NCBI GenBank assembly: GCA_002633005.1
Contig: NMRA01000497.1
Coordinates: 84,883-148,882 of the forward strand
Origin: Phoronis australis
Lineage: Eukaryota > Animalia > Phoronida
DNA: 64,000 bases
Direction of reading: 5' to 3'
The notes beneath the pieces were generated by a model. That model saw nothing but the letters and a program-made list of their open reading frames with translations. It had not been told where the DNA came from and made no database searches. Below are positions 12,901 to 23,600 of this stretch, piece after piece (positions within the stretch are counted from its first letter, which is position 1; every line of letters begins with the position of its first letter). Position numbers and translations under genes: made by a program.

Positions 12901-15768
12901 AACAAGAGGGAAGATGTACATCCAGTGTAATTACTGAAACTTGCAATGTTCACTGAGCATTCTTCCAATCTTCATGTAAGTACATATGGCATGCCAGTGT
13001 GCAACAGAAACTGGTCATGTTTAAGTTTCTTTTGTGACACTTCTGTACCTCTAAACATGTTTTAGTCATAGTGACCACATTACACAACTATTTGCTCAAA
13101 AGCATATTAGACGTCATGGTGAGGATAAACTAACCTGATTTTATGTTTGTGATGCTAAACATTATCACAAAATCACATCATTACAGTGTTTTGAGCCAAT
13201 TTAAACACTGTGGAAGAATAAAAAAGACCAGCAAATAAACAACCATTCCACTAAAAATGAGAAAACTTTTCTAGGATTCAACACTTTTCATATTTGAGTG
13301 ACCAATAAAATCACTCATAGACTTCCTAAAATGGATAACTGTAATATTAACTACGATGATCCTTTACTTTGTATTAAGCACACAGTATGGTCAACTAGTG
13401 TAATTCTATGTTCAACTTGTTAAATCTCCACACAAAAATAAACTCTTGGAGAAAATATTAGTCTTATGCCAGCATAGTTTGTACTGTGTGGACAACAACA
13501 AAAATATTTGGAAAAGTTTCCATTATTTCCAGCTTGGTAATCAGCACTTCAAAAATGGAAAATGGCAATTTTGGCTAATTGAGCAAATTTCTCTTACAGA
13601 GGGCCTGGATTTTGAGAACCAGTTTGATGTCCATTATTCAGTGGAGAAAACAGGTTCTCAAAATGTGGTACCCTCTTGTAAGTGCCTATTACTTATTTTC
13701 GTGAGAAATATTTGAGAAGTGTGGTAATCTGCAGAATAAGATTATAGTGCTACGTACTTGTGTTCATGATATTTTCTAATGGCCTGAACATGCTGAAGGC
13801 GAGGAGTCTCTGGAGCACTGACAGTTCTTTGGCGACCTACTGCTTTTCTTCCGGGTGACACATTCTCTGCCTTATCATCGGGGCAAGGGTTTGCCGAATA
13901 CAAGCTGTTGTATTTTGGAGGGCCAAATATTTCCATGTCTAGCCTGAGAGGGCTCTCAAAAAAGTTGACGTCTTGAGAATGAATGTGTCTCTTTTGTTCT
14001 GCTTGTTTGTAAATATCCTGTGATGTAAAGGCAGTTCTTGTTGCTGCTGGAACATGAGGAGCCATATTGTCTAGAGTTATGATTGATTTGGAGTCGACCC
14101 CCGAAGGGCGTTTTTGTGTTATCGGATTGACAGGTCTATGAGTAGACAAACCAAGCTCATTCAGATCACTTTGTATGGCTGACTGTTGAGACTCCAACAC
14201 TTTGAACTGCTTAGCAGGAGACAACGAGGAATTGGTGTGAGTATCGTTGTATTGGCACACACTTCCTGTAATGCCATCTTGTTTGGTCGGACTGTGTTTC
14301 ACCCCAAATGAGTTACTTTTACGAGACCCTTTTGAAGGACTTAGATGTTCAAATGCTGTTTTTCTGTCATTTGAGTGCAGACTTGAAAGGTCTTTCAGCG
14401 ACTTCTCAATGAACTCATTGAACTTGTCAGCACCAAGAACATTTCTCAAACCGTCATAGTCCAGACCTTCAAACGCATGTTGGTCTCGAAGCAGACTGTC
14501 AGAGTTGTCACTGCCTTTTTCTTTCTCCTCAACCCTATGAGTATGCAGCCCAAGTTCTTCGAGATCTTCAGCAGACGGAGTATCACGCTGAAATAATGGT
14601 TTGGCCTTCACATCCACTTTGCTGACTCTAATGTCCACACTGTCTTTATCCTGCCTATCACTTTCCCAACCATTCTTTACTTGCCTTGGCCTTTGTTTTT
14701 CCGGTGTTCGCAAAATGGTTTCCTTCGCTACGTTATCTTTCAAATCAAAGTTGTTTACTGGTAAGTCCGATCTGTTATTCCCATGCTGACTGTGTTGTAC
14801 CTCCCCCTGGTGGTGCTTACCGGTAAACAACTTCCTTTTGTACTGCTTTAACTTATCATTGTCATGGTGGAACAAACCTTCTTTGACTTGAGTAAAGCCA
14901 TCTGATCTTGGACTATTTTTAGTATTTTTAGGAGACGGGCATACATTATTTTTGTTGTTGTTGTTGTTTAGAAGCAATGTTCTTGACTTGTCTGTTTTTC
15001 CTCTACTTGGTGACCTACTTCCTGCCTCGTTGACTGTACGAGATGTGATATCTCTTGGCCTGAAATAATAATATACATCAGTGGCATTTAGTCAACACAC
15101 TTTTATGCCAAAACATGACATCTCTTGGCCTGAAATGAGAATTGTATCAATGGCAATTAGTCAGTGTTATAATTCTATGCTAAAAACATAACTGAAGAGT
15201 TTCACAATCCAGCTGCAACAGTGACATGTCTTATAAAACAAGTCTATGTTACTTTATACAATAACCATCATGACTTTACAAATAAAGTTATGTCATTTAA
15301 TGTAGTTACCCTTGACAACTGGAATGTAGCATGCAGTAATTTCAAAATAATTAACATTTCTTCTCTTTGAAAATTGGCAAAATTTCAAAGCAAAAATCCT
15401 GGCTTATTTTTGAAATAATATTTATTTTTTTGCCAATCATCCATCAAGGTATTGGCCACAACTTCAACAAGGCAAGACTAATTTTGACAAAATTTGTTTA
15501 GTAAATACTTCTTTGGTTAAAAGCTGTTGTGGTACATCACCACCATAAACATCTACACAAAAAATATTAATGTACAGAAATTAAGCAAAGCATCACAGTA
15601 ATTGATTCTTAAGCAAATGATACATTAAGAAACTTACGGATGACGTTTTGAAGATGGTGAAGATTCTTGTCCAGCAGGTTGCCTAAAATACAACAGGCGT
15701 CTTTTTCTGAGATCTTCCAATTCACTTTGAGATGACCCTGTCGTGTTCTTTGCTGCACAGCCATCCAT
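985..15768 (-). CDS. F-box/leucine-rich-repeat (FBXL-type) protein with long disordered N-terminus; 3' end lies beyond the left edge of the window
   Basis: Phase-consistent GT-AG exons on the minus strand: 15768-15638 (MDGCAAK...), 15059-13758, 12796-12618, 11719-11579, 10777-8950, 8295-8157, 6570-6417 (F-box WQCLPDELLLHIFHFLSLHDVVQCARVCNQFHRVA), 6057-5882, 4562-4408, 3829-3749, 3144-3033, 2347-2270, 1112-985. The last exons encode cysteine-containing LRRs (LESLTLNGCQGVTDSTI, LEYLDLRGCKQVKDNCV, LESLILANCIHVTDSSL). Linking the N-terminal exons to the F-box relies on phase only. Confidence 0.85.
1790..2134 (+). repeat. Dispersed repeat, copy A
   Basis: Colinear similarity to 41785-42147 (TTGAAAACAAAAAAATCT, TTTGCACTA, CAATTTTCAACC, CAATCACAGA, GCAAGTTCCAC). 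Confidence 0.75.
2438..2725 (+). mobile_element. tRNA-derived SINE-like element with AT-rich tandem tail
   Basis: A-box TGGCCTGGTGG (2445-2455), T-arm/B-box GTGGGTTCAAATCCCAC (2486-2502), no acceptor or anticodon stems, followed by TGTAAATATTACATGTTATA-type repeats (2560-2725). Confidence 0.6.
4628..4687. mobile_element. ~60-bp hairpin mini-element, copy 1 of 3
   Basis: GATTTTGAGAACCAGTT...AACTGGTTCTCAAAATC; related copies at 13607-13667 and 20885-20942. Confidence 0.75.
6417..6570 (-). CDS. F-box domain exon of the FBXL gene
   Basis: LPDELLLHIFHFL...ARVCNQF matches the F-box consensus; flanked by ttgcag acceptor and gtaagc donor. Confidence 0.93.
8950..10777 (-). CDS. Large low-complexity exon of the FBXL gene with C4 zinc finger and internal repeats
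   Basis: 617-aa ORF in the track; acceptor ttttatctag before 10777 and donor gtaagc after 8950; phases fit both neighbouring exons. Confidence 0.85.
13607..13667. mobile_element. ~60-bp hairpin mini-element, copy 2
   Basis: GGATTTTGAGAACCAGTTTGATGTCCATTATTCAGTGGAGAAAACAGGTTCTCAAAAT. Confidence 0.75.
13758..15059 (-). CDS. Large low-complexity exon of the FBXL gene
   Basis: 411-aa ORF extended upstream to the tttcag acceptor before 15059; donor gtacgt after 13758. Confidence 0.82.
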
Positions 15769-16865
15769 AGTCTGAAATGTTGAAATTTTTCAGATACTGT
15801 AAACTATTAACGGTCACAAACTGATAAGAAACATTTTTACCAGTCCGGTGAAATTTGTCAAAATGGTACATAAACTTGTAGCTAAAGAGTCTCATGTACA
15901 GTTTTTATAAGTAGCGACAACTGACTTTAAAGATGCTAGCTGTCTCAAAAAACACATGGAACAGATTTTTTTTGAAGAACGGTTAATATTTAACAGACCA
16001 GTAGTCATCCATTGCAATGGGTTGGGTGGAATACATGTAATTTATGAACATTCAACTTCACTCTCTAACAACCAAATATAGGCCAGAAAAATGCATGTTC
16101 TATCCTCATAAAGATATTGTCAACGTGTATGCCTAGTCAAGATTCTACATTGTATTTGTTAGTCACTGAACTTTGTACATAAAGCACAGACGGCTATGAA
16201 GGTCACTTTGCTGATCAATAAACAAGAGGCAGTTTATGTAAAGCATAATGAGAACTAAAACAGCAACAGTAGAGGCAGAGTAAACTAATGGAGCAGTTCA
16301 CACTACAATGTTACTGTTTACCCTCAAATCCAATACAATAACCAAATACAGTAATTAATTCACATACAAGCATAATTATTTGGACAAATGGATGCAAACT
16401 GGAAGGCCCCCTTGAAATGTTGACCTATTTTTCTTGTACCCAATCAGCATGCCCCTGGAGTAATGTTGCTGGTTTTAGTTTATGTATGCGTTCTGAAGAT
16501 GTTGCGAGGGCCTTATGAGCATGCACATTAGATGACGCCGAATGGGGAATTTTGCGCTCTTCGCTTTGTCGTAAATGTTGGCGATTGAACTAGGAAAATC
16601 TGGAGGTTTGTATTGTTTTTATTGGTTTCGATGTCAACAAATGGAAGCAGTGAACGTGTTGCTGTCGCAGATAAAATGTTTGAGTTAAATTACTCTCAGA
16701 CATGCTTGGAGTTATTCCAGAAGTGCCCGGCAGACGGCCACATTGAACAGCAGGTGTGTACCTTTCTCTTTATTTAGTGTATAATTGAGGGCTGATTAAA
16801 GGTGCCTGTGATTAACATTGAATGAACATGAAGCCTTCATCAGGACACAGCTTTTCAGAACTTAC

Positions 16866-17045
16866 AAAACATAAATAAAATTGCTCATAATTACCAACCA
16901 TAAAGCTTGTTTTATGATTTCTCCTGCTGCATAGTCATAACACTACCACGCTTATGGTAAATGACACATACAGAACGAAGAAATCAGCCTTCTTTTGCCG
17001 TGGTATGTCATGAGGCCGCGAAAATTGCCGCCATATTGTTAGTTG
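16866..17045 (-). promoter_or_regulatory. Putative FBXL promoter and 5' UTR exon
   Basis: Minus-strand YY1-like CAATATGGCGGC (~17026-17038), TTTCGCGG and donor gtaagt at 16865. The ATG exon begins 3 nt after a tttcag acceptor. Confidence 0.35.
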
Positions 17046-17626
17046 GTTGTTAATGGCGTTCCCGTCTTTGTGAGAGCAACAAAGTCACATAAATTCTTAC
17101 AATTATATTAATTAAAACACAGAAGATAGTCAAAATGATATTTTTAAGGGAAAAAATGTTTATTTTTACAAAATTTGTAAATTTTGAAATCTATCGTTTG
17201 AACGCTATCTGCCGCTTATGCGAGCAGCCATGTTGGATTTATGGTAGAGTACTGTTTTCTGAAAAAGGCATAAGGGTTTCTAATATTAGTAAGTATAAGG
17301 TGATCAACCTGTGGCAGTGTCCAGGCCTTTGGGTCCTGAATTTAAATAATTTATGGCATTTTTATTTGTGTTATGGTTGGCGCTGCTGAACACCCGCCGC
17401 CGGTATACCGGTCACGGCATGGCCACGGGAAATGAGTTTCCGTGGCCTGGGAAATAAGTTTCCCAGTAACTAAAAATTCTCCAAAGCACTGGTTCGTGAA
17501 AAAAAAGTACGCACAGTTGAAACTTAGAGTAGACAGTACCACCTTCTCAACTAACAGTAGAAAAGATGGCCTCCCATAGGCTTAGCCATAGGCGGCCTAT
17601 GGCATAGCTTAGCTATGACGGTTTTC

Positions 17627-18216
17627 GGAGGCAAGGATTTCGTGCCAATTTCTTTCATATAGTCTGACTGTGAGAGCTCTCCAGTCAGTCATTGTTCTAC
17701 CTCAGTTGTGATAAATTTGGTCGTCGTTTGCTGTTATTTACGAGTCAGTCAACATGCCACACTGTTGCTGCATACCGGGATATACTCATTATCAGAGCCT
17801 GTTGTAGTGAGAGTGAATACAGGCCCAGTTCGACACACAGTAACAGGACAGTTCGTCGTTCAATGAACAGATCAGTGAGCCAAACTTTGATAAGTTTATT
17901 GTGGACTTGTCTAAAGTATTGTGGCTATTTAGAAGGTGCCTGATGTGTGACAAGGGAGTCGCACGTCGGGATGTAAGCAGTTTGTGTACTCAGGTCACTA
18001 TCCAGTGGAAGTGTGTCGCGGGACACTCCGGCAAATGGGACAGTTGCTCCTCTGTCCGTGAGACGATAATGAGTACATCCTGGTAGGCAGCAACAGTGTG
18101 GCATGTTGACTGACTCATAAACAAAAGCAAACGACGACCGATTTTATCAATGACTTACTCGGCTGCTCTCACAGTCAGACTATATAAAAATAAATTGGCA
18201 CGAAATTCTTGCCTCC
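17627..18216. mobile_element. Fold-back (long inverted repeat) relic containing a transposase-like fragment
   Basis: Arms 17627-17793 and 18065-18216 are reverse complements (e.g. gtcagtcaacatgccacactgttgctgc / gcagcaacagtgtggcatgttgactgac). The loop encodes RRCLMCD...VTIQWKCVAGHSGKWDS. Confidence 0.7.
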
Positions 18217-18828
18217 ATTCTGGAGTAGAGGTTGAGTAATTGTTTAAATTACCAAAAAGCTGTAATTAACTGAAAAATATGTCTGGGAAAATCATTGAAC
18301 CTTATTTTTGCTAAAAATGACATGAAAAAAGTTTGCCTTTGCCTTTAAAGTAAAACTATTCAAAGCCACGTTGCTATATGTAGGGAGGACAATGTTTTTT
18401 ATTTTTTTTACATTGCCCATGTCTCCATGTGTCATACATTTTTGAAAAGCCGTTGGTGTCAGAAATGAAATGGTGCAAAACTCATAAAAATTGGGTGAGC
18501 AGATACCAAGAAAATGGCTGTTGAAACGCGACGATTATGCATAAAATATCTGCCTTTTTACATAATAAATGAATATACATGTGCTGCATATCAAAAGATT
18601 TGTCTCATTGAGACGAACATGGTGGTATGTATTATATAAAATTTGGATTGATTTCTACAGAGATATATATTGCTGTTTAAGTGTGTTATGGAACAGGAGC
18701 ATCAACCCCATGTTTGATGAAAACAATGGATTACGCAGCTTAAAAGGAAAGAAGCAAAGACAACACATCAGCTTAGAAATAAATACATCTGAGCTAGGAG
18801 GAAGTTTCGCATCATACTACAAGATAAC

Positions 18829-18993
18829 ATGGGTGGATTTGGGGGAAAAGGGGGCCAGCCCTTGGCCTCCCTAAAACTCTCCCCGATTTCATTTGGCAGT
18901 TTGAGGGTGCAAATATCTTATGGGTAAAATCATGCCTAATACTCTGCCCTGCCCCCCCCCTCCCTCCTAACTAAAAATCCTGGATCTGCCCCT
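18829..18993. mobile_element. Second copy of the same MITE family
   Basis: CATGGGTGGATT ... AAAAATCCTGGATCTGCCCCTG; the right end is shared with 24568-24590. Confidence 0.6.
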
Positions 18994-19059
18994 GAGTAAT
19001 ACTAAAGTAGTAGCACATCATAGGTTGATAGGGGGCTTGGGGAGGCTATAGACCCCAGG

Positions 19060-19415
19060 GAATTTTCCGCGGAAACGCGGATTTTCGCTTTTTTCAAATG
19101 TGCTTTCCGCTTTTTTTATAATATTTCCGCGTAAAAAAATCGGATTTGATATAAAATTTCCGCGGCAAATTCCTTTCTTACCGCGGCGTTGCAGACGACG
19201 TTCACCTCGAAAAGCGGAAGTTGCTCTTTATGTTCGGAGGAACGTAAATTGTCAACATTGCCGGGGCATCTGGGATAGCGTGGTGTGATTTTCAATGGCG
19301 TCTCGTGTCATTGTTAAGCGCGGCGACAAATACTACCGCTCTGCAGCCAAAAATGTGTGGGTTGGGAGTAGACGGGCGAGCTAAAAGGACGCAGACGCAT
19401 GCTACTGATGGTGGT
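19060..19415 (+). promoter_or_regulatory. Putative SF3A2 promoter and 5' UTR exon
   Basis: CpG-rich patch with repeated TTCCGCG, ETS-like GCGGAAGT (~19214), YY1-like CAATGGCG (~19294) and a possible donor gtaact near 19414. The ATG exon is preceded by an acceptor ttgatag ending at 20581. Confidence 0.4.
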
Positions 19416-20606
19416 AACTTTTTTTTTTTTTTAGTCCTCCCGATTTTTGTCGGGGAAAGGTTCACAGTTCACATTGACCAGTTCTAGGCTGGTTATCGGG
19501 CGATGATTTGGGCCGTAAAAAGTTTTTGTCATTGGTCATTCCAAGCCCTGAGACCCCCACTTTTTTGGTGCTGTGGCGCCACCCACGTACCATTAGATCG
19601 TATCATGGCAAAAAACATCGGACAGAAAGTAAACAAAAGACCATTTGGGAAAACAAATCACTTTTAACGTGAAGGATTTCATCATTTACACAACAAAAAC
19701 TCTTCGTAACAACTTCATTTTGAATGGTGAAGTTGCGATGCCATTGAACTTCAATGTAGCCGCTCGTGGTGCTGACATGCGCTGACTTAGTGAACTAACG
19801 ACTACTGTTTGAAAAGTGCCAATGCGCAGCAGTTTGACAGAATTTCTGAAAATGAAATAATTATCAATAAAAAAGTGATAAATTTTTCATCTAAAAATCG
19901 GGGGGGNATCTTGCGCAACTGCAAAAACATCAATCTCCCGATCGATCAAAATTAGGCCTTCTGGGAGTGGACGATCGATAACTCGCCATGAAAACTTTGC
20001 CTTGACTTCAAGAAAAGAACTTGATGAGATGTGCATGCATGTTTGTAATCGAGAGTATAGTGCTCTTTTGGATTGGAGGAACAAGAGGCACTTTTTTGAA
20101 AGTTGATCGCATGGTGGAATATTGTGCGCTAAAAAAAGCTTACAAAAAATTATTTATCAGCGATAGTTCGTGTCAGAAAGATTACAAATTTACAATTAAA
20201 GACCAAGGTAACGATTTATAACACAAAATTGTCTTATAGTTAACTTTGAAGTCTGAAATCGGGTAATTTACCGAAGTGGGTTTTACATTGAGGCAGATAT
20301 GGAGCATCGTGACCTACTTTTTGATTGTCCTCCCTACATAATGTACCTTTTGCCCAGCCAATAGAGGGACACCTTAGGCAGCTGTCGATGTTTTTCATTC
20401 CCTCCTACTCGAATAAATACCCCAAACTTTCTTTTCGAACAGTCTGTCATTTAATTGCCCAGTTTGGCAACTGGTCATTTTTACACTGCTCACGCCATGA
20501 GATATGATGTTAGTCTTTCCACTTGTTATTCAATTGACGTTTTGGTTAATTATGTCCCCTGACCTTTTATTTGCTTGATAGACTTGCTGCTGGATTGTCT
20601 GCCAAC

Positions 20607-23600
20607 ATGGACTTCCAACACAGGGCGGGCGGTAAGACGGGCACAGGGGGTGTGGCTTCAGCCTCTGATGCCAATCGCGACCGCAGGGAACGTCTCAGAC
20701 AGCTGGCGTTGGAAACGATTGATATCAACAAGGTATTACGTTAAAGGTTACTTAAAAAGAGAATGATGAGGAGATTTTTAGTTGTTGTTTTATTTGATTT
20801 TGAAGTCGATAGAATATTCTCCTCTCTGAGAATGGTACAACTTTGTCCTGGACTAGTGACCCATCTGTACGCAATGTGCCCTGCGATTTTGAGATCCAGT
20901 TGATTTCCGTTATTCAGTGGAGAAAAGTGCTCAAAATGCAGGCACATTATTTCATACCGTTATTTGTCAAAGAACGATGCTTTTCTAGTTGCAAACTTTT
21001 AAATCCGCATTATTTTTATGCTAAAGCTGTGTCACGTGATGCGCATTGATGTCTTTAGGTTAAGTAAATAATAATTTAATATGCTTTTTTCATTAGTTTA
21101 ACAACCTTGTGAGACCTGTCCACAAAGTCAATTTGAACAGCCTTTCTTGGTGCAAGCGAGTTATGTTGAATTTACTTTGCCATTGCAGGATCCATACTTT
21201 ATGAAAAATCACCTGGGGTCGTATGAGTGCAAATTGTGTTTAACGCTTCACAACAACGAGGTAAGTATTCACTAAGGCTTGATGTGAGCTAGGTGTTCAG
21301 TGAACTCGTGTTTCAAGCACTACAGACGTGACTGGTTGTCAACTTACGTCCACATCGTGATCAGACGGTGTTCGCATTCCAGTGGCAGGGTTTCTTTTTA
21401 GTTCTACACGAAGACATTCCGTCTTAGTCCTGACTTTAGGGAGAATAAAAAATAAGAAGACCATCCGGTACTGTATGAGCTGCAGGTGTGTTTACATAGT
21501 AGCGAATGTCTAGTCTCCTCAAAGCTGCACTGATGGAAATTTTTATTAAAGGGACTCTGAACCGGTGTTTTGTCAAAGAAACTGCTTTTTGATTTAGACC
21601 ACTTACCGCTATGAAATTAGTCTCAGCTTGTTCTTTAGTCAGGTGGTCTTGCGAAGAAGTGATTGGCTGCGGAACAGTTTGAGATCTAATTTGTATGGAA
21701 ATCGTCCAAGTCAAAAATTGGTTTTTGTGATGGAAATCGAGTTTATGACTGCTTTAAGGCATTGAATAAAAGTTGTTTCAGACGTTTTAAATCATTAATG
21801 AAGACGCGGTTTTATGTTTACTAGGGGAGTTACCTGGCACATACTCAAGGCAAGAAGCATCAGGCCAACTTGTAAGTACCCTATCGTGACTGAGTGTTTG
21901 TCTAAAAATTGCCACTTTTGGTGAGAACTTTGGGAGTTATGGAAATGAGTGTATTGCTGCATCGATAAATTTTGATGGATATAAAATTGATAGACCTTTT
22001 GCTAGATAAGAAGCAAATTTGTTCTTTTTCCTTCTTCTCTCGGCATGTCATGGTGCCAACCTGCTACTACACAGTGGGAATTGTCTGAGGTTTGCAAGGC
22101 CTCGTGCTGGTTTTCCACGTGTAAGGATTGTAGTTGAGGTTATACATTGAGGTGGCCATTTTGTCCCACTTCACGTGCTCAGCTTGGAAACCCACTGTAA
22201 GAGTATTGCAAATGTCGAGAAAATAGTCACGTGTTCATCTCAATTAATAAAAAACTAACTTTAACGTGAAGTAAATAAACCAGAGCTAGTCGACTGCATT
22301 CTTAGTCTGCAGGCCAGACACTGTCAAAACAAGGTGCGTGTTACCGTGTGGGCATTGGTTGAATACTGTACAAAACAAATGCAATCGGACAAAACACCGT
22401 TTTCCCGTCATGACGGCTAATTCTGTTAACTGCAAACATCAATGTCAATAACAAGTAGAGCGGAAAAATTCTAACGTCAGAATGGCTTAGTCACCTTACT
22501 AACTTCCATGTTCATTCGCCTTCATTCTCGGTCATGAATGAAGACTATTCTGGCGATGAATTCGGCTTCTGCCCAGCCATCACGACGCAAGAATTCTGTG
22601 TTATCTTGTCCGAATACTTTTGGCGTGTACTGTACGTTGTCTTGTAGCAAGAAATGTTCATCGTCTAACTGCGTCCCTGTTCCAGAGCTCGCCGTGCTGC
22701 CAAGGAGGCCAAAGATGCCCCTGCCCAGCCAGCCCCCGAGAAGGCTAGGGTTGACATTAAGAAGTTTGTCAAGATCGGAAGACCTGGTTACAAGGTGACG
22801 AAACAGCGCGACCCAGAGTCCGGTCAACAGAGTCTGCTCTTTCAGGTCAGTAGTCGATCTTGGTCTCATCTGGGGAAGGAGTCGTATGAAAATTGTACAT
22901 TCAAGGAAACATGTAGAGCTGATAGGGCTGCCTCCCAAGACATGAGCCACAACAAGGATTCTCAAAAATGGCGCTTCATGGGATTTTAATGTTTTAAGAA
23001 CAGCAGACAGGAGTTATTCATTTGTCGATGGTAAAAATTGCTGCATTGTCTGTAAACCTAATGGTGGTGTTGTAAATCACGATATGAGGTGGTCATTGGC
23101 TCATTGGGTACTCTTGATTGACTTCGCTGTTTCACCAGGTCAACAGGCTAAGACATGGGAGTTGTTCTCGACATCGACTTCCAGATTACGAATCAATCAT
23201 ATGTCTTAGCCAATTGATCTGGCAGAATCGGCGAAGTTAATCTTGTTGGTCGTTATGCTAGTGTGCTGGTAGAGTACGCCACTTGTGCCGTGTTATCAGT
23301 TAAGCTAGTGTGCTGGTAGAGTGCGCTACTTATGTCATGTTGTCAGTTAAGCTAGTGTGCTGGTAGAGTGCGCTACTAGTCATGCCATGTTGTTAGGCTA
23401 CTGTGCTTGCAGAGTGCACCACTCATGTCATATTGTTAGTTAGGCTGGTATGCTGGTAGGAAGCGCCACTTGCTGTGCCATGTCTTTCTCATGCAGATCT
23501 AGTGCCGTAATGGATCTTGCATTTGATTTTGAAATATTTTTGCATTTTGTGGATACTGTTTAATATTTTAAGCGATCGCGGGCTGCTGCAGCAAATAGCA

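Noticed and set aside
20763-20829. Box C/D snoRNA candidate (ATGATGA...CTGA) in the first SF3A2 coding intron
   Set aside because: No terminal stem, no recognisable rRNA or snRNA guide, and an atypical position near the donor; would need snoscan and small-RNA data.
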